From the IMG/VR virus record IMGVR_UViG_3300036785_000389, positions 1 to 61,782 of that record: a DNA stretch of 61,782 nt. The stretch is one strand, 5' to 3'. Origin of the DNA: a virus (lineage: Duplodnaviria > Caudoviricetes). Below the pieces are notes generated by a model, which had not been told where the DNA came from, searched no databases, and saw nothing but the letters and a program-made list of their open reading frames with translations. Positions 18,043 through 27,875 of this stretch are shown here, piece by piece; the first letter of the stretch is position 1, and each line of letters begins with the position of its first letter. Made by a program: the position numbers and the translations under genes.

Positions 18043-18259
18043 TGCCGTTTCCTTTCGCTATCCTACGCAGCCATCCCTTAAACGCCATGCTCCAGTTTGA
18101 CTTGCGGGCTATCTGGCGATTTGAATTTGCTCCTGCCCATAATTTCAAATCCTCAATAGCGTCGTCAATTTGTGTTCTCGTGAGGCCGAGCTTTTTTCCG
18201 TAATCTAGGTCATCGCATGTCGGTTGCCAATCGTGAGGAAGCGATGATCCAGACGCCAT
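17867..18259 (-). CDS. Replisome-organiser C-terminal (DnaT-like) domain protein with no N-terminal HTH
   Basis: LPHDWQP..EDLKLW..KSNWSMAFKGWLRR; RBS GGAG. Confidence 0.6.
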   Translation of the reverse strand: MASGSSLPHDWQPTCDDLDYGKKLGLTRTQIDDAIEDLKLWAGANSNRQIARKSNWSMAFKGWLRRIAKGNGNGSRGPRPLQDNDLSISRAAGRLAEKARVGEFSFGAMPTRPGLFPRENANPVRLLPKG

Positions 18260-18260
18260 T

Positions 18261-18479
18261 TTATTTCTCCATTCTCTTATTTGTTACAGAAAGTTTACGG
18301 TTTTCAAATGCAATTCTTGCTCGATTTTTATTCAAAATAAAATTCATTTTGCGGTTAAAAGCACCAGGAAAATGTTGCAAACGAGGAATTTCCGTAAAAA
18401 AATAAATAGTTTTCAAGGGTTTAACTTTGTCAAACTCAAGATTTATGCCATGAAATTTCATTGTGATCTGATTCTCCAT
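18261..18479 (-). CDS. AT-rich hypothetical ORF (possibly origin DNA)
   Basis: RBS-like GGGGG; markedly more AT-rich than its flanks. Confidence 0.35.
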   Translation of the reverse strand: MENQITMKFHGINLEFDKVKPLKTIYFFTEIPRLQHFPGAFNRKMNFILNKNRARIAFENRKLSVTNKRMEK

Positions 18480-18494
18480 AGCTGCCGCTTTTCC

Positions 18495-18912
18495 CCCTTG
18501 GTATAGGCTCACGCCTATGGACCAAGCCCTCACGACAAGGGCGTAATGGGGTACTAAATTGTCCCCGGCCCGGCTTAATAAGGCCCCGGACCATTTCTAC
18601 GGCTCGTCAGTTCCGTAGAACCTTGGTAGGCCCACGCGGCTTTCACCGCGCCAAGGTGCTAGTTGCCAATACTACAGGCAGAGCCAGCAATTTGTTTTCT
18701 GAGGGTAGGAGACGCCCCAGCCCGTCGCCACATTGCGATCACCGTGGTCATAGCTCGATCGGCTATTAGGCCGGGCTGGCAGGGGCTTGGGTCTTGACCT
18801 GGAGGTAAAGTGAATGTAAATCACATTTACTTCCTTCGTTCCGCAGCCTTGCCAAAGACCTTGCGGACATCGCCCGGCCGGGATCGCATCTCGCGCCGGG
18901 CTTCTCTTTTTT
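18495..18912 (+). ncRNA. Candidate structured ncRNA with a nested ~85-nt sRNA
   Basis: About ten adjacent hairpins; G-U pairs favour the + strand; TTGACC-17-TAAATC at 18794-18822; ends in a terminator. Confidence 0.6.
18872..18912 (+). terminator. Rho-independent terminator
   Basis: GCCCGG...CCGGGC followed by TTCTCTTTTTT. Confidence 0.7.
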
Positions 18913-18975
18913 AACGCTAAAATGACAACATTTCCAAGACCATACAGATAGATGTTATTTGTTGATTTCCTACTA

Positions 18976-19164
18976 TCAGTTGATTTTAGGCGGTTCCCGG
19001 TCTTTACAGTCGCCGCAGCACCACCACATCAGCAATGACCATTGGCCGTGAACCGGACCAAGATCGCCCACAAAACGCCAGCCATTCGATAGCGCCATAA
19101 TCACTAGGCGATGTGCCACGAACGCGAAAATTCCGCGCGTAGGACTTTCTAATCGACTAGGCAC
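18976..19164 (-). CDS. Small hypothetical phage protein
   Basis: FVAHR..GW..DLGPVHGQWSLLMWWC. Confidence 0.5.
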   Translation of the reverse strand: MPSRLESPTRGIFAFVAHRLVIMALSNGWRFVGDLGPVHGQWSLLMWWCCGDCKDREPPKIN

Positions 19165-20050
19165 AAGCGGCCTCACGAGCAAACAGGTCATCTTGTCGGT
19201 CCTGGGCGTCCAGATAACGGCAGGCTTGGCGCCAATAACTCTCTTTCAGCTCTACGCCGATAAACCGGCGCTTTAATTTCAGGCTCGATACACCTTCGCT
19301 TCCGATGCCCATGAATGGCGACAAAACGACATCTCCGGCGTTGCTCCACATAATCAATGCGCGTTCGATAACGTCGAGCTGCAGGGGGCAAAGGTGGCGT
19401 TCGTCGTTTTTCTCACGCGCCAGTTTGACGTTTAGAACGTTGGATTGTTGCACAGTCATCCAAACCGGAGACGCCCACTCCTGCCATTGATCGAGGGGAA
19501 AATCTTGCGGGGTGTGATTGATAGGGTCGGGGTTGTCGCCTGGCTTGATGAATGTCAGCAAATAGTCAGGCATTCCACCGCGCGATTTGCTGCTGTCTTT
19601 TTGCAGTTGCTTGTAAAGCAAGCCAACGTGCTTAGTACGGGTCATTTCGACAACCGGACATTTCCAGATTGTCCGGCGCCCATGATAAATCCATCCAGCA
19701 TCTTCATGGGCGCGAATAATCTGGCCGCTGAAATCCTTAATCCCAACCGCGCCGTCTTTCCATTTTGTCATCGGCAGGTCGGAACAATGCACGGCGGTTA
19801 GCCGTCCAGGCATTGTCACTCGTAGTTTTTCCCGCACTAAAAAAGCATAGTGCTCGGAAAATTCTTCATCCGTGCTGTTGCCCATATCCGCCGCTCCTTC
19901 GGAATAAACAAAAAGAGATCCGAACGGCGGAGAATAGACCGAAAATCCAACGCTATCCTGCGGCAACTGGCTAACAACATCGACGCAATCACCGTTAATG
20001 GATTGATAATTATTGCCGTGCGATTCGTTTAAGCAGCGGATTTTATCCAT
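19157..20050 (-). CDS. DNA N4-cytosine/N6-adenine methyltransferase (beta class)
   Basis: GDC, YSPPF, HLCPLQ, VLSPFMGIGS, GVELK. Confidence 0.93.
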   Translation of the reverse strand: MDKIRCLNESHGNNYQSINGDCVDVVSQLPQDSVGFSVYSPPFGSLFVYSEGAADMGNSTDEEFSEHYAFLVREKLRVTMPGRLTAVHCSDLPMTKWKDGAVGIKDFSGQIIRAHEDAGWIYHGRRTIWKCPVVEMTRTKHVGLLYKQLQKDSSKSRGGMPDYLLTFIKPGDNPDPINHTPQDFPLDQWQEWASPVWMTVQQSNVLNVKLAREKNDERHLCPLQLDVIERALIMWSNAGDVVLSPFMGIGSEGVSSLKLKRRFIGVELKESYWRQACRYLDAQDRQDDLFAREAACA

Positions 20051-21417
20051 TGGACAAGCCTTGCAGTATGAGTGGGGTTGTACGGGATTTTACGATCAAC
20101 GATATGGCCGGTCGCACGCAACATGGCGGAGCGCATTGCCTTCTTCATCGAGGTGTGGTCGCCGGCCTTGCGATCGATGACGCGACCGATTGTATCCTCG
20201 CCTTCGGCAACAATCAGGTGAACGTTGACGTGCTTTTTCTGACCAAATCGCCAGCACCGACGAACAGCTTGGTAATAAGTCTCGTAGCTGTACGATCGAC
20301 CGACAAACGCCATGTTAGCGCAATGCGACCAATCAAGACCGAATCCACACATCGACGGCTTGGCGATGAGATGTGTAGCTTTTCCGGTTGCAAATGCCTC
20401 TAGCTTTTCTTCTTTTTCATCTATCGTTTGCGATCCTCTAATTTCAATCGCGCTAGGAATAGCCCGTTTTAGAGCATCAGCCTCATAGTCGGTATCGCAC
20501 CAAATCAGCCACGGTTTTTTGTCCACAAGAGAAGCGGCCATTTCTGCCCGCGCTTCGCTCGTTTGTCGTTTCACGTCATGCAGAGTGGTTGCGGACATAA
20601 TCGGCGCGCCAAACATATCGGCCAGTTCGCGGTCTATGCGGCTGTCTTTTGCCTTGTGCCGATGAACCGTAAATGGTGGCAAAATAAAGCCTTTGTCATC
20701 CGCAATTTTATTGGTGAGGTCTGACGGCTTCTCGGCCATCCTCGCCCAAGACGCCATCCAATCCCAAAACGCCGTGACGGCATGGCCCTTTAATCGCCAT
20801 TGCTGACTTGCGGTTGACGTATCGTTGATGAAAAACCGCGATAGCATTTCGACCGCCGCCATGATTTCAAGAAACTCTCCATAGTTTCCCAATTCCATGT
20901 GATCGTTCGGCGCTGGCGTCGCCGTCGCCACCAACTTGAACCTATGCCCACGGAACGCATCGATTAACGATCGCGTCGTTTTTCCGGTGAAAGATTTAAG
21001 GATTGATGCCTCATCCAAAGACACAATCCCAAATGCAAAAGGATCGAGCTTATCTACGCGGTCATAGTTGCAAATGTTGATGCCCGGTCCCGCGTCTGAT
21101 TGTTCTCGGATGATCCTAGCCTCATAACCCCATCGATCCGCGCGTCGTTTTGTCTGACCCGCAACAGCGAGCGGCGTTAGAATAAGGGCTTTATCGTTCG
21201 TGACCTCAATTGCTTTTTGACACCATTCTAATTGCACTTCGGTCTTGCCAAGTCCGGTATCCAGAAAACAACCGGAAGCACCAGATCGTAGAGAAAAATC
21301 AACGCAATGATTTTGAAACGGAAAAAGGTGAGCAGCTAAGTTACTGACTCGCTCTAATCCTCGGCCTTTTGCCTTAATGGCTTTACTCTGCAAAAACGTT
21401 TGATAATCCTTATTCAT
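20029..21417 (-). CDS. SNF2-like superfamily 2 helicase
   Basis: LDTGLGKT, LDEAS, TATPAPND, QAVRRCWRFGQ. Confidence 0.92.
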   Translation of the reverse strand: MNKDYQTFLQSKAIKAKGRGLERVSNLAAHLFPFQNHCVDFSLRSGASGCFLDTGLGKTEVQLEWCQKAIEVTNDKALILTPLAVAGQTKRRADRWGYEARIIREQSDAGPGINICNYDRVDKLDPFAFGIVSLDEASILKSFTGKTTRSLIDAFRGHRFKLVATATPAPNDHMELGNYGEFLEIMAAVEMLSRFFINDTSTASQQWRLKGHAVTAFWDWMASWARMAEKPSDLTNKIADDKGFILPPFTVHRHKAKDSRIDRELADMFGAPIMSATTLHDVKRQTSEARAEMAASLVDKKPWLIWCDTDYEADALKRAIPSAIEIRGSQTIDEKEEKLEAFATGKATHLIAKPSMCGFGLDWSHCANMAFVGRSYSYETYYQAVRRCWRFGQKKHVNVHLIVAEGEDTIGRVIDRKAGDHTSMKKAMRSAMLRATGHIVDRKIPYNPTHTARLVQWIKSAA

Positions 21418-21773
21418 TCTATCCCCGCCCGTTCAATCATGACCATCAACGCTGGTCCTTGAGTAACCCACCGCGCCGACAACATTTCGCAGAGATAATC
21501 ATCTTCAACAATACCGAGCGAAACGAGCAAATCAGAAATTGCTTTAAAACCGAAATTGTCGAGGTCCCTTCGGCGCCGATCGGGGCGTAACAGTTGCACC
21601 GACATTTTATAGCGTCCGGTGATATGTTTCCCGCCGACTTGCGCCTTTGCTTCCCATCCGGAGGATTTCAGCCACTCTCGATACTCGTTTGACTTATGAG
21701 GTCTGCCGCCGCGATCAGACCGCCAGATTCGGTTTACGCTTGGCGGTAATTTCGTGAAGATAAGCTCAATCAT
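21414..21773 (-). CDS. rusA: RusA-like Holliday junction resolvase
   Basis: LPPSVNRIWR, RRRDLDN..KAISDLL..IVEDD. Confidence 0.88.
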   Translation of the reverse strand: MIELIFTKLPPSVNRIWRSDRGGRPHKSNEYREWLKSSGWEAKAQVGGKHITGRYKMSVQLLRPDRRRRDLDNFGFKAISDLLVSLGIVEDDYLCEMLSARWVTQGPALMVMIERAGIE

Positions 21774-22039
21774 TTGTGGTACGCGCGGCGAGAATGCGTC
21801 GAGCAATAAGGACGCCCTTCGTTCAAATCCGCATCGCCACCGCAATAGAAATAGTCGCCCGGTACGTCGCCCACGACCCACCGACAGTCTTTCGGACCAA
21901 GATCGAATATCGTCTTGCGTTGTTCTATAGGAATCATAGCGTCGGATATTTCCGGCGCCGGCAAAGGTCTAGGCTCCATATGTAAATCTGGCCGCTGTCC
22001 GCTCCATGCGAACGTCTTTCTAAATGGCGTTTTGTTCAT
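21770..22039 (-). CDS. gcrA: GcrA-like protein, C-terminal domain only
   Basis: TIFDL..KDCRWVVGD..FYCG..GRPYCSTHSRRAY. Confidence 0.8.
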   Translation of the reverse strand: MNKTPFRKTFAWSGQRPDLHMEPRPLPAPEISDAMIPIEQRKTIFDLGPKDCRWVVGDVPGDYFYCGGDADLNEGRPYCSTHSRRAYHK

Positions 22040-22236
22040 GACGCGCGCTTTCTCTCAATCGGATAAATATCGGGGCGCAATTGGTGACGGCTGATTCCGC
22101 TAACAGCCTCGACTTTCAGTACGTGCGCGGGGGGCACCCTGACCCAATCGGACACCGCCTGCGGCGAAATATCGAGCGCCCGCGCTATCTTTGATGCGAG
22201 GCCGCGAGTGGTCCTGATTTTTTCTATTCCTGTCAT
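22036..22236 (-). CDS. Cro/YdaS-like HTH regulator
   Basis: IARALDISPQAVSDW..VPP..SRHQLRPDIY. Confidence 0.88.
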   Translation of the reverse strand: MTGIEKIRTTRGLASKIARALDISPQAVSDWVRVPPAHVLKVEAVSGISRHQLRPDIYPIERKRAS

Positions 22237-22342
22237 GCGCCGTATTTGGCATATATTTTATTGCAAGTAAAGCTTGATTTTCGTTTTGGGTCGTGCTTAA
22301 TTCAATCTCTGTAATTTTCAGCTCACCATGAGATTGACCACT

Positions 22343-22477
22343 ATGATCGTCCATCCCCACATAACCCTAGGCGAACGCATCACGATTGCCGTTTGCATAG
22401 TCTTAGCTATCAGCGGATCGTTCTTGCTGGCGGCTACGGCGAGCTTGATTGGTATCGGCGCTTTGGTGTTTCCATAA
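22343..22477 (+). CDS. Small membrane protein (44 aa)
   Basis: MIVHPHITLGERITIAVCIVLAISGSFLLAATASLIGIGALVFP. Confidence 0.45.
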   Translation: MIVHPHITLGERITIAVCIVLAISGSFLLAATASLIGIGALVFP

Positions 22478-22494
22478 ATCAAAGGACATTAGAA

Positions 22495-23463
22495 ATGGCG
22501 GATCAATTTGCGTGGTACAAAGAAGCCATTGATGGAAGGCGCGGCGATATAACTGACGAACCAATGTCAGGATTTTATCGTAATCGTCGTAGGGGGCAAC
22601 AAGCAGAGGCCATCGCATATTGGCGCGATACTAAAAACGGAAATCTGCGATGCCAAATCGATGGCGAAGATGTCGATGAAATGCGAGCGCGAGAAACTTG
22701 GCCCTTCGCGAGCAAAGAGCCTATCGCTCACGAAATGTTCAAGGCCAAGATGTCCACAGGAAAATGGCCCGATATGGACGATGCTGCATTTTCCACATTG
22801 CCGCTTTCCCGCGAAGTAGTCGGCGGAAATAATCCTCCCGCCGATTCTCTCGATATTTTGAGAGAGCAAATTGAATCTGCAAAAGCGGGCGCGGTTGATT
22901 ATTCCAAAATCAGTGACGATCAAACCGCCGCGAAAGCACAGTCCCTTCGCTCTCGATTATTGGAATTGAGCGGGAGCGCCGATAAAAAAAGAGAGGCAGA
23001 AAAACGCCCTCATTTCGAGGCCGGCAAAGCCGTTGATGAGAAATGGCAGCCGCTCGTTAAAATGGCAAAGGCGGCGGCAGACAGTATCAGGTCAGCCCTA
23101 AGTGCCTGGGAAACCGAAAAGGACCGAAAAACTAGGGAGGTTTTCAGGCTTGCCGAGGAGGCCCGTAGGAAGGCCGAGGATGAGGCAAAAGCCGCCGAGG
23201 CGGCAGGACTACCAGCCGCCCCCATTCCGCCGCCCGTAGCGCCTCCTGTGCAAGTCTCCGCCCCTATTAAAGGGGCTTATGGCCGGGCTGGAAGCGTCAA
23301 ACAAATCAAGGTCGCCGTCATAACCGACCAAGCTAAGGTCTATGAGACATTCAAAGACAGGCCAGAAGTGATTGAATTACTTAGAAAATTATCACAAAAA
23401 GCCATTGATGACGGCTATGATGTGCCTGGAATAACGGTTGATCTGCAAAGGAAGGTGTCATGA
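22495..23463 (+). CDS. Phage recombination-module coiled-coil protein
   Basis: EPMSGFYR, GGNNPP, KREAEKRPHFEAGKAVDEKW; RBS AAGGA. Confidence 0.7.
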   Translation: MADQFAWYKEAIDGRRGDITDEPMSGFYRNRRRGQQAEAIAYWRDTKNGNLRCQIDGEDVDEMRARETWPFASKEPIAHEMFKAKMSTGKWPDMDDAAFSTLPLSREVVGGNNPPADSLDILREQIESAKAGAVDYSKISDDQTAAKAQSLRSRLLELSGSADKKREAEKRPHFEAGKAVDEKWQPLVKMAKAAADSIRSALSAWETEKDRKTREVFRLAEEARRKAEDEAKAAEAAGLPAAPIPPPVAPPVQVSAPIKGAYGRAGSVKQIKVAVITDQAKVYETFKDRPEVIELLRKLSQKAIDDGYDVPGITVDLQRKVS

Positions 23464-24482
23464 AAATCCAAGAGAAAACCGAGCCAATTGCCGAAGTTGC
23501 AGTCAATAAAGGCGAAATCGTTCACATTGCGCCGCCGCGCCTTCCCTATCATGACCTTGTTCAAGAGCGATTCGGTATCGATAAAGCGGGCTGGCGTGTT
23601 TTGGTTGACGCCACTTTTCCAAGCGCCAAAACAGTCGATGCGATCATTATGGCCTTGTCCTATTGCAAGGCGCGTAATCTCGATCCGTTCAAACGGCCTG
23701 TTTATGTCGTGCCCATGTGGTCTAGCTCCGCTGGCCGAATGATCGAAACCGTTTGGCCTTCCATTTCAGAGCTTCGCACCACGGCCTTCCGAACGGGGCA
23801 ATACGCCGGCATGGAAGCGCCAGAGTTCGGCCCGATGATAGAGCGTGAATTTTCTGGAACGGTAGGACGCGGCCCCGATAAGGGCAAGATAATCAAAGCC
23901 ACTATAAAATTTCCAGAGTGGTGCCGTGTTACTGTTATTCGCACCCTTCACGGCAAGGAACGGAAGTTTGTCGGGCCTACTGTCTATTGGCTAGAGACTT
24001 ATGCCAAGCGCGGCGACACCGAAGTGCCAAATGAAATTTGGTGTAGGCGAGTTGTCGGGCAACTTGAGAAGTGCGCGGAAGCTGGTGGATTGCGGCGCGC
24101 CTTCCCAGAGGAGCTAGGAAACGAACTAACCGCCGAGGAAATGGAAGGACAACGGTGGGAAGCACCTGGAGATGTGGCTAAAGATGTGACGCCAAAGACC
24201 CAGGACGAAGCGCCGCCCGATCCGGCAGTGCCGTCAACGGAAACGCCAATCGATGAAGCGGCGCAATGGCTGCGCGATCTTGAAGGCGCATTTGGCGGCT
24301 GCGAGGATATGAGCACTCTTGCTGAAAAGCAGCATGAATTGATGATGCCAATGCGGGAAAAGGTGTCTCCTAGTTTTTGGAGTGAAGCCGAAGGCATCCT
24401 GCAAGAGCACATCGTCCGGATTACAGGAGAAGCTCCTGAGAGTGACGAACAGGCAACCGGCACAATCATAGACGCGGGCTAA
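23460..24482 (+). CDS. bet: Bet/RecT-family ssDNA annealing recombinase
   Basis: YCKARNLDPFKRPVYVVP, LRTTAFRTGQYAG, QLEKCAEAGGLRRAFPEE. Confidence 0.9.
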   Translation: MKIQEKTEPIAEVAVNKGEIVHIAPPRLPYHDLVQERFGIDKAGWRVLVDATFPSAKTVDAIIMALSYCKARNLDPFKRPVYVVPMWSSSAGRMIETVWPSISELRTTAFRTGQYAGMEAPEFGPMIEREFSGTVGRGPDKGKIIKATIKFPEWCRVTVIRTLHGKERKFVGPTVYWLETYAKRGDTEVPNEIWCRRVVGQLEKCAEAGGLRRAFPEELGNELTAEEMEGQRWEAPGDVAKDVTPKTQDEAPPDPAVPSTETPIDEAAQWLRDLEGAFGGCEDMSTLAEKQHELMMPMREKVSPSFWSEAEGILQEHIVRITGEAPESDEQATGTIIDAG

Positions 24483-24483
24483 A

Positions 24484-24900
24484 ATGAAAGGCGTCTTTCG
24501 ACGCGACGGAGATAAATTAATTCCTGTCGATGATTCGGCAAAAGAGGCTTTGTTGGCGATCAAAGACGGATCAAAGTGCATGGGAGAAATTCGTGGCGCA
24601 AGAAATTTAGACCAACATAGATTGTATTGGGCGCTCTGCCAACTTGTTGCCGAGGCCGACGACGACACGAAAGAGAACGTCAAAAAATGGCTCTGCATCA
24701 AATGCAACCACGTCGATATTTGGTTTGAGCCTGATGGAAAAATGCACGTCGATCCCGCATCGATCGCGTATGAATCGATGCCACAGGCCGAGTTCAATCA
24801 AATGTTTCAGGAGGCGGTTCACCACATCGCCGCTAGACTTGGATGCAAAGAAACCGATGTGCAGACCAAGTTTGCAGAGATGACAGGAGCAAGAAATTAG
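24484..24900 (+). CDS. DUF1367/NinB-like protein
   Basis: RNLDQHRLYWAL, PASIAYESMPQAEF. Confidence 0.8.
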   Translation: MKGVFRRDGDKLIPVDDSAKEALLAIKDGSKCMGEIRGARNLDQHRLYWALCQLVAEADDDTKENVKKWLCIKCNHVDIWFEPDGKMHVDPASIAYESMPQAEFNQMFQEAVHHIAARLGCKETDVQTKFAEMTGARN

Positions 24901-25239
24901 ATGGGCCGCTTTTCCGATCAAATGCTGCTGCCTTACAACGGAAACGGAACTCCGGGCTACAAGGAAAAAACCACCAGCCGGGATGCTGCCCACGCCGTTG
25001 GGCTTTACTCCAGCGACCTACGAGAGCGGGTATTTCAAGCAATTAAGAATGCACCTAACGGTTTAACTGCTGACGAATCAGCCCTAGCAATAGGATCAAC
25101 ACCATTGGCTTGTCGGCCTCGCCTTTCCGAACTGCGCGAAATTGGTCGGATCATACCTTTATTCGGAACCAAGCGCCCGAGTAGCACAGGAAGGCCATCG
25201 CGTGTCTGGATTGTTGCGCCAACGTCAGCCCCGCGTTAA
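24901..25239 (+). CDS. Winged-HTH protein
   Basis: TSRDAA..GLTADE..RPRLSEL..GRPSRVW. Confidence 0.75.
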   Translation: MGRFSDQMLLPYNGNGTPGYKEKTTSRDAAHAVGLYSSDLRERVFQAIKNAPNGLTADESALAIGSTPLACRPRLSELREIGRIIPLFGTKRPSSTGRPSRVWIVAPTSAPR

Positions 25240-25567
25240 ATCTCCTAGGCATTGCGCTTGGATTAGACTTTTGCCCTGCATAATTTCAGGCCAGCAAGCT
25301 GAATGCGCCCACATTCGCTATAGCGCCCCGGAATACGGAAAATTCAACCCAGGAATAGGTCAACGGCCATCCGATCAATGGACCATCCCATTAAGCCCTT
25401 ATTGGCATCGTCTCGGGCCGGCGTGCCAGCATTCAATGGATGAAAGGAAGTTTTGGGAACTGCATGGAATTGATCCATGCGCCATAGCATTAAATCTGTG
25501 GGAAGTTTCGGGAGATTTAGAGGCTGGCGAGAAGATTATTGCAGAAGCTAGAATGGCAGTGAGGTAG
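25142..25567 (+). CDS. DUF968/HNHc-like Zn-binding protein (start uncertain)
   Basis: HCAWIRLLPCIISG..AHIR..PSDQWTIPL..HR..QH. Confidence 0.7.
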   Translation: MVGSYLYSEPSARVAQEGHRVSGLLRQRQPRVKSPRHCAWIRLLPCIISGQQAECAHIRYSAPEYGKFNPGIGQRPSDQWTIPLSPYWHRLGPACQHSMDERKFWELHGIDPCAIALNLWEVSGDLEAGEKIIAEARMAVR

Positions 25568-25569
25568 CC

Positions 25570-27866
25570 TCCTATTTCTTGTCTGCCAATTCGCGGATAA
25601 AGTCCCCTATTGGGTCGAGGTTATATTCCTCTGCGATCTTTGTCATTTCCTTCGCCTCGCGGCGCTCAGACTTAGACGCCTCGCGCTTAGTTTTTCCATC
25701 TCCGCTGGCGGTTAAACTCCATTTCTTTGTCACGCCAAACTCCTGCTGTTACAACGGCCTTGCGGCCAAGTCGCATTGAATACGGTTCATTTCGTAGATG
25801 CGCTCGATAGCGCGGTATGCGTTCCCGCAAGCTGGGCCATCCCCGTTGAACCAAAAGATAATTTGGCAGCGGTTACCACTCTCGCCGCCGGAGTGAACCG
25901 AAATTGAAATGTCATCCGCTTTGAGCATCGCAAGCGCGCCGGGCAACCTGCCGCGCAGAATATCGATGGCGCAGCGGATGCACGAGAACGATAACGTGAA
26001 GGGCCAACGCCTGCGCAGCGGGTGATAACGCGGATCTAGGCTGATGCTCACCAAAATCTCCTATTCTTTCAAAGAACTTTGATAATGATTCCATGCCAAC
26101 TTTGCTTCGTAGTGGCACCGCGCACCAAGTTTTGACCAGTTAGAAATGATGAACTGAGCGAGAAATCCTGTCCAATCCATTGCGGTCCTCCTGTTTTATT
26201 GAGCCACATACGCCGGGCGCGAACTTAGCGAATAGCTCGAAAAACCCATTATTTTTCAAGGTCTGACGGCGGGCGCGAACGCTCCTGTTATGTTAGACGA
26301 CCACTTGAACAGCCCTACCACCGCGCGGACACTTCTAATTGAGACAAAGTTCTTCAATAGTATTATCGAGAATTGAGAGCAACCGAGCCTGATCCTTAGT
26401 CGAGCCATCAGGAAAATTACCGCAGCGAGCAATGCGATTGCGAATAGCGTCGATAAAAAGTGCATCGTCCTCGAAAAACTCGCTGAGAGATTTCATTCTG
26501 GCTCCTGTTCTGTCTCCAGTCGGCGGCGAATCTTACGTCACCGCAAGATCGTATAAAGTAGCCACCATTTCGGCTCCGGAATCTTATCCACTGTGCTACA
26601 CTCCTGTTTTTAGCAATTACCGGCTGGCGTTGTTCGTGGTCTTGAGAACCATCCATGGCATTTCCGACATTCGACTAATTCATGAGATAGAGATCGACAT
26701 GAAATATAGTGATAAGTTTTATGAAATAGTTTGCACCACATGGCGTTGCTCCTATTTCTTCTGCTCTACATTCCAACACGCTGCGCAAGTCCATTCAATT
26801 AATTCGGTGGATCGGTCACTGTCTGGTGTGTAGTCACAATGACCACCAACCTCTTTGTGCGAAATGAACTTGCCGCAGACCACGCATTTGATTGGCTCAT
26901 TCATTTCCGCTTCTGTTTTGTTAGGCGGCTTTGCGCCCTATTGCAATTATGTTTGTGTCCTCAGATATAGGTTCCTGTTCTGGATCGGGATCATAATCGT
27001 TATCACTATCGTCAAAAGTAATTGTTTCAATCTTGTTCTCGATCTCAGTCAATCTCGTGTCTATTTTTTCAAGTTTCCAAGCATGTATCCACGGGCCAAT
27101 GATAATAGAGCAAAGACCAAGCAACCCCAAAATCTGAAATGCCGTGTCCACGTTTTTGCTCCTATTTTTCGTTGGCTAGAAAACGGTAGGTCCATTTTGA
27201 CCAAGCGTGAGCGCCTTCCCAAGCACTTACTTCTTTCCGTTCAAGCCATTCAAGCCAACACCATTCCGTACCGCATTTGAGTTTGTCGCCAACCTCAATT
27301 GGTCGCCAAGCGAAAAAGGGGCGCCAGTCGGACGATTTGATACCTGCTCTCACACTAATCTCCTAATCTTTTAACTGATTGCGGATAGTCTTAGCGATAT
27401 GAACAGCAAGTTTTGGATTGGTGGGGAGATCACCCCAACCGTTAAGACGCTCCGCTGATTGTGCCGCCGCTTCCGTCGCCTCATTCCATCCCCGCAGCCA
27501 GTTAAAATCTTTAGCGCAGTTAGACAGCGACACAATAATGGTCGTCTGCAACTGCGCTTTCTGCATAGTAAACGGCATGATATGAAATTGCTTATCCGCA
27601 AATTTCTCAATTATACTTTGCGCCAAATTAAGAGCGATTTCATCGATATTTGCGCTCAAGCTCGGCTCCTATGATTCTAACTCAATACGGCCAAAAGCTG
27701 CCGCTCGTTTTGCTGCATCTTCGGTTGGTCCCCAACCTACTGCCGTCTTGTAATCGGGGAATGAACCGAATCTCATTTCCGCTCGCCACCGGTCGGGGCT
27801 GACGGTAGGAATGTTCAGATACTTTCGCGGGCCTGAGATTTTCCAATATGGCTCCTCGTCGGCCAT
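25570..27866 (-). other. Cluster of short, tightly packed minus-strand hypothetical ORFs
   Basis: ORFs with GGAG RBS, e.g. 25749-26054, 26061-26180, 26921-27151, 27162-27353, 27363-27659, 27669-27866. Confidence 0.6.
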
Positions 27867-27875
27867 CTAAAACTC

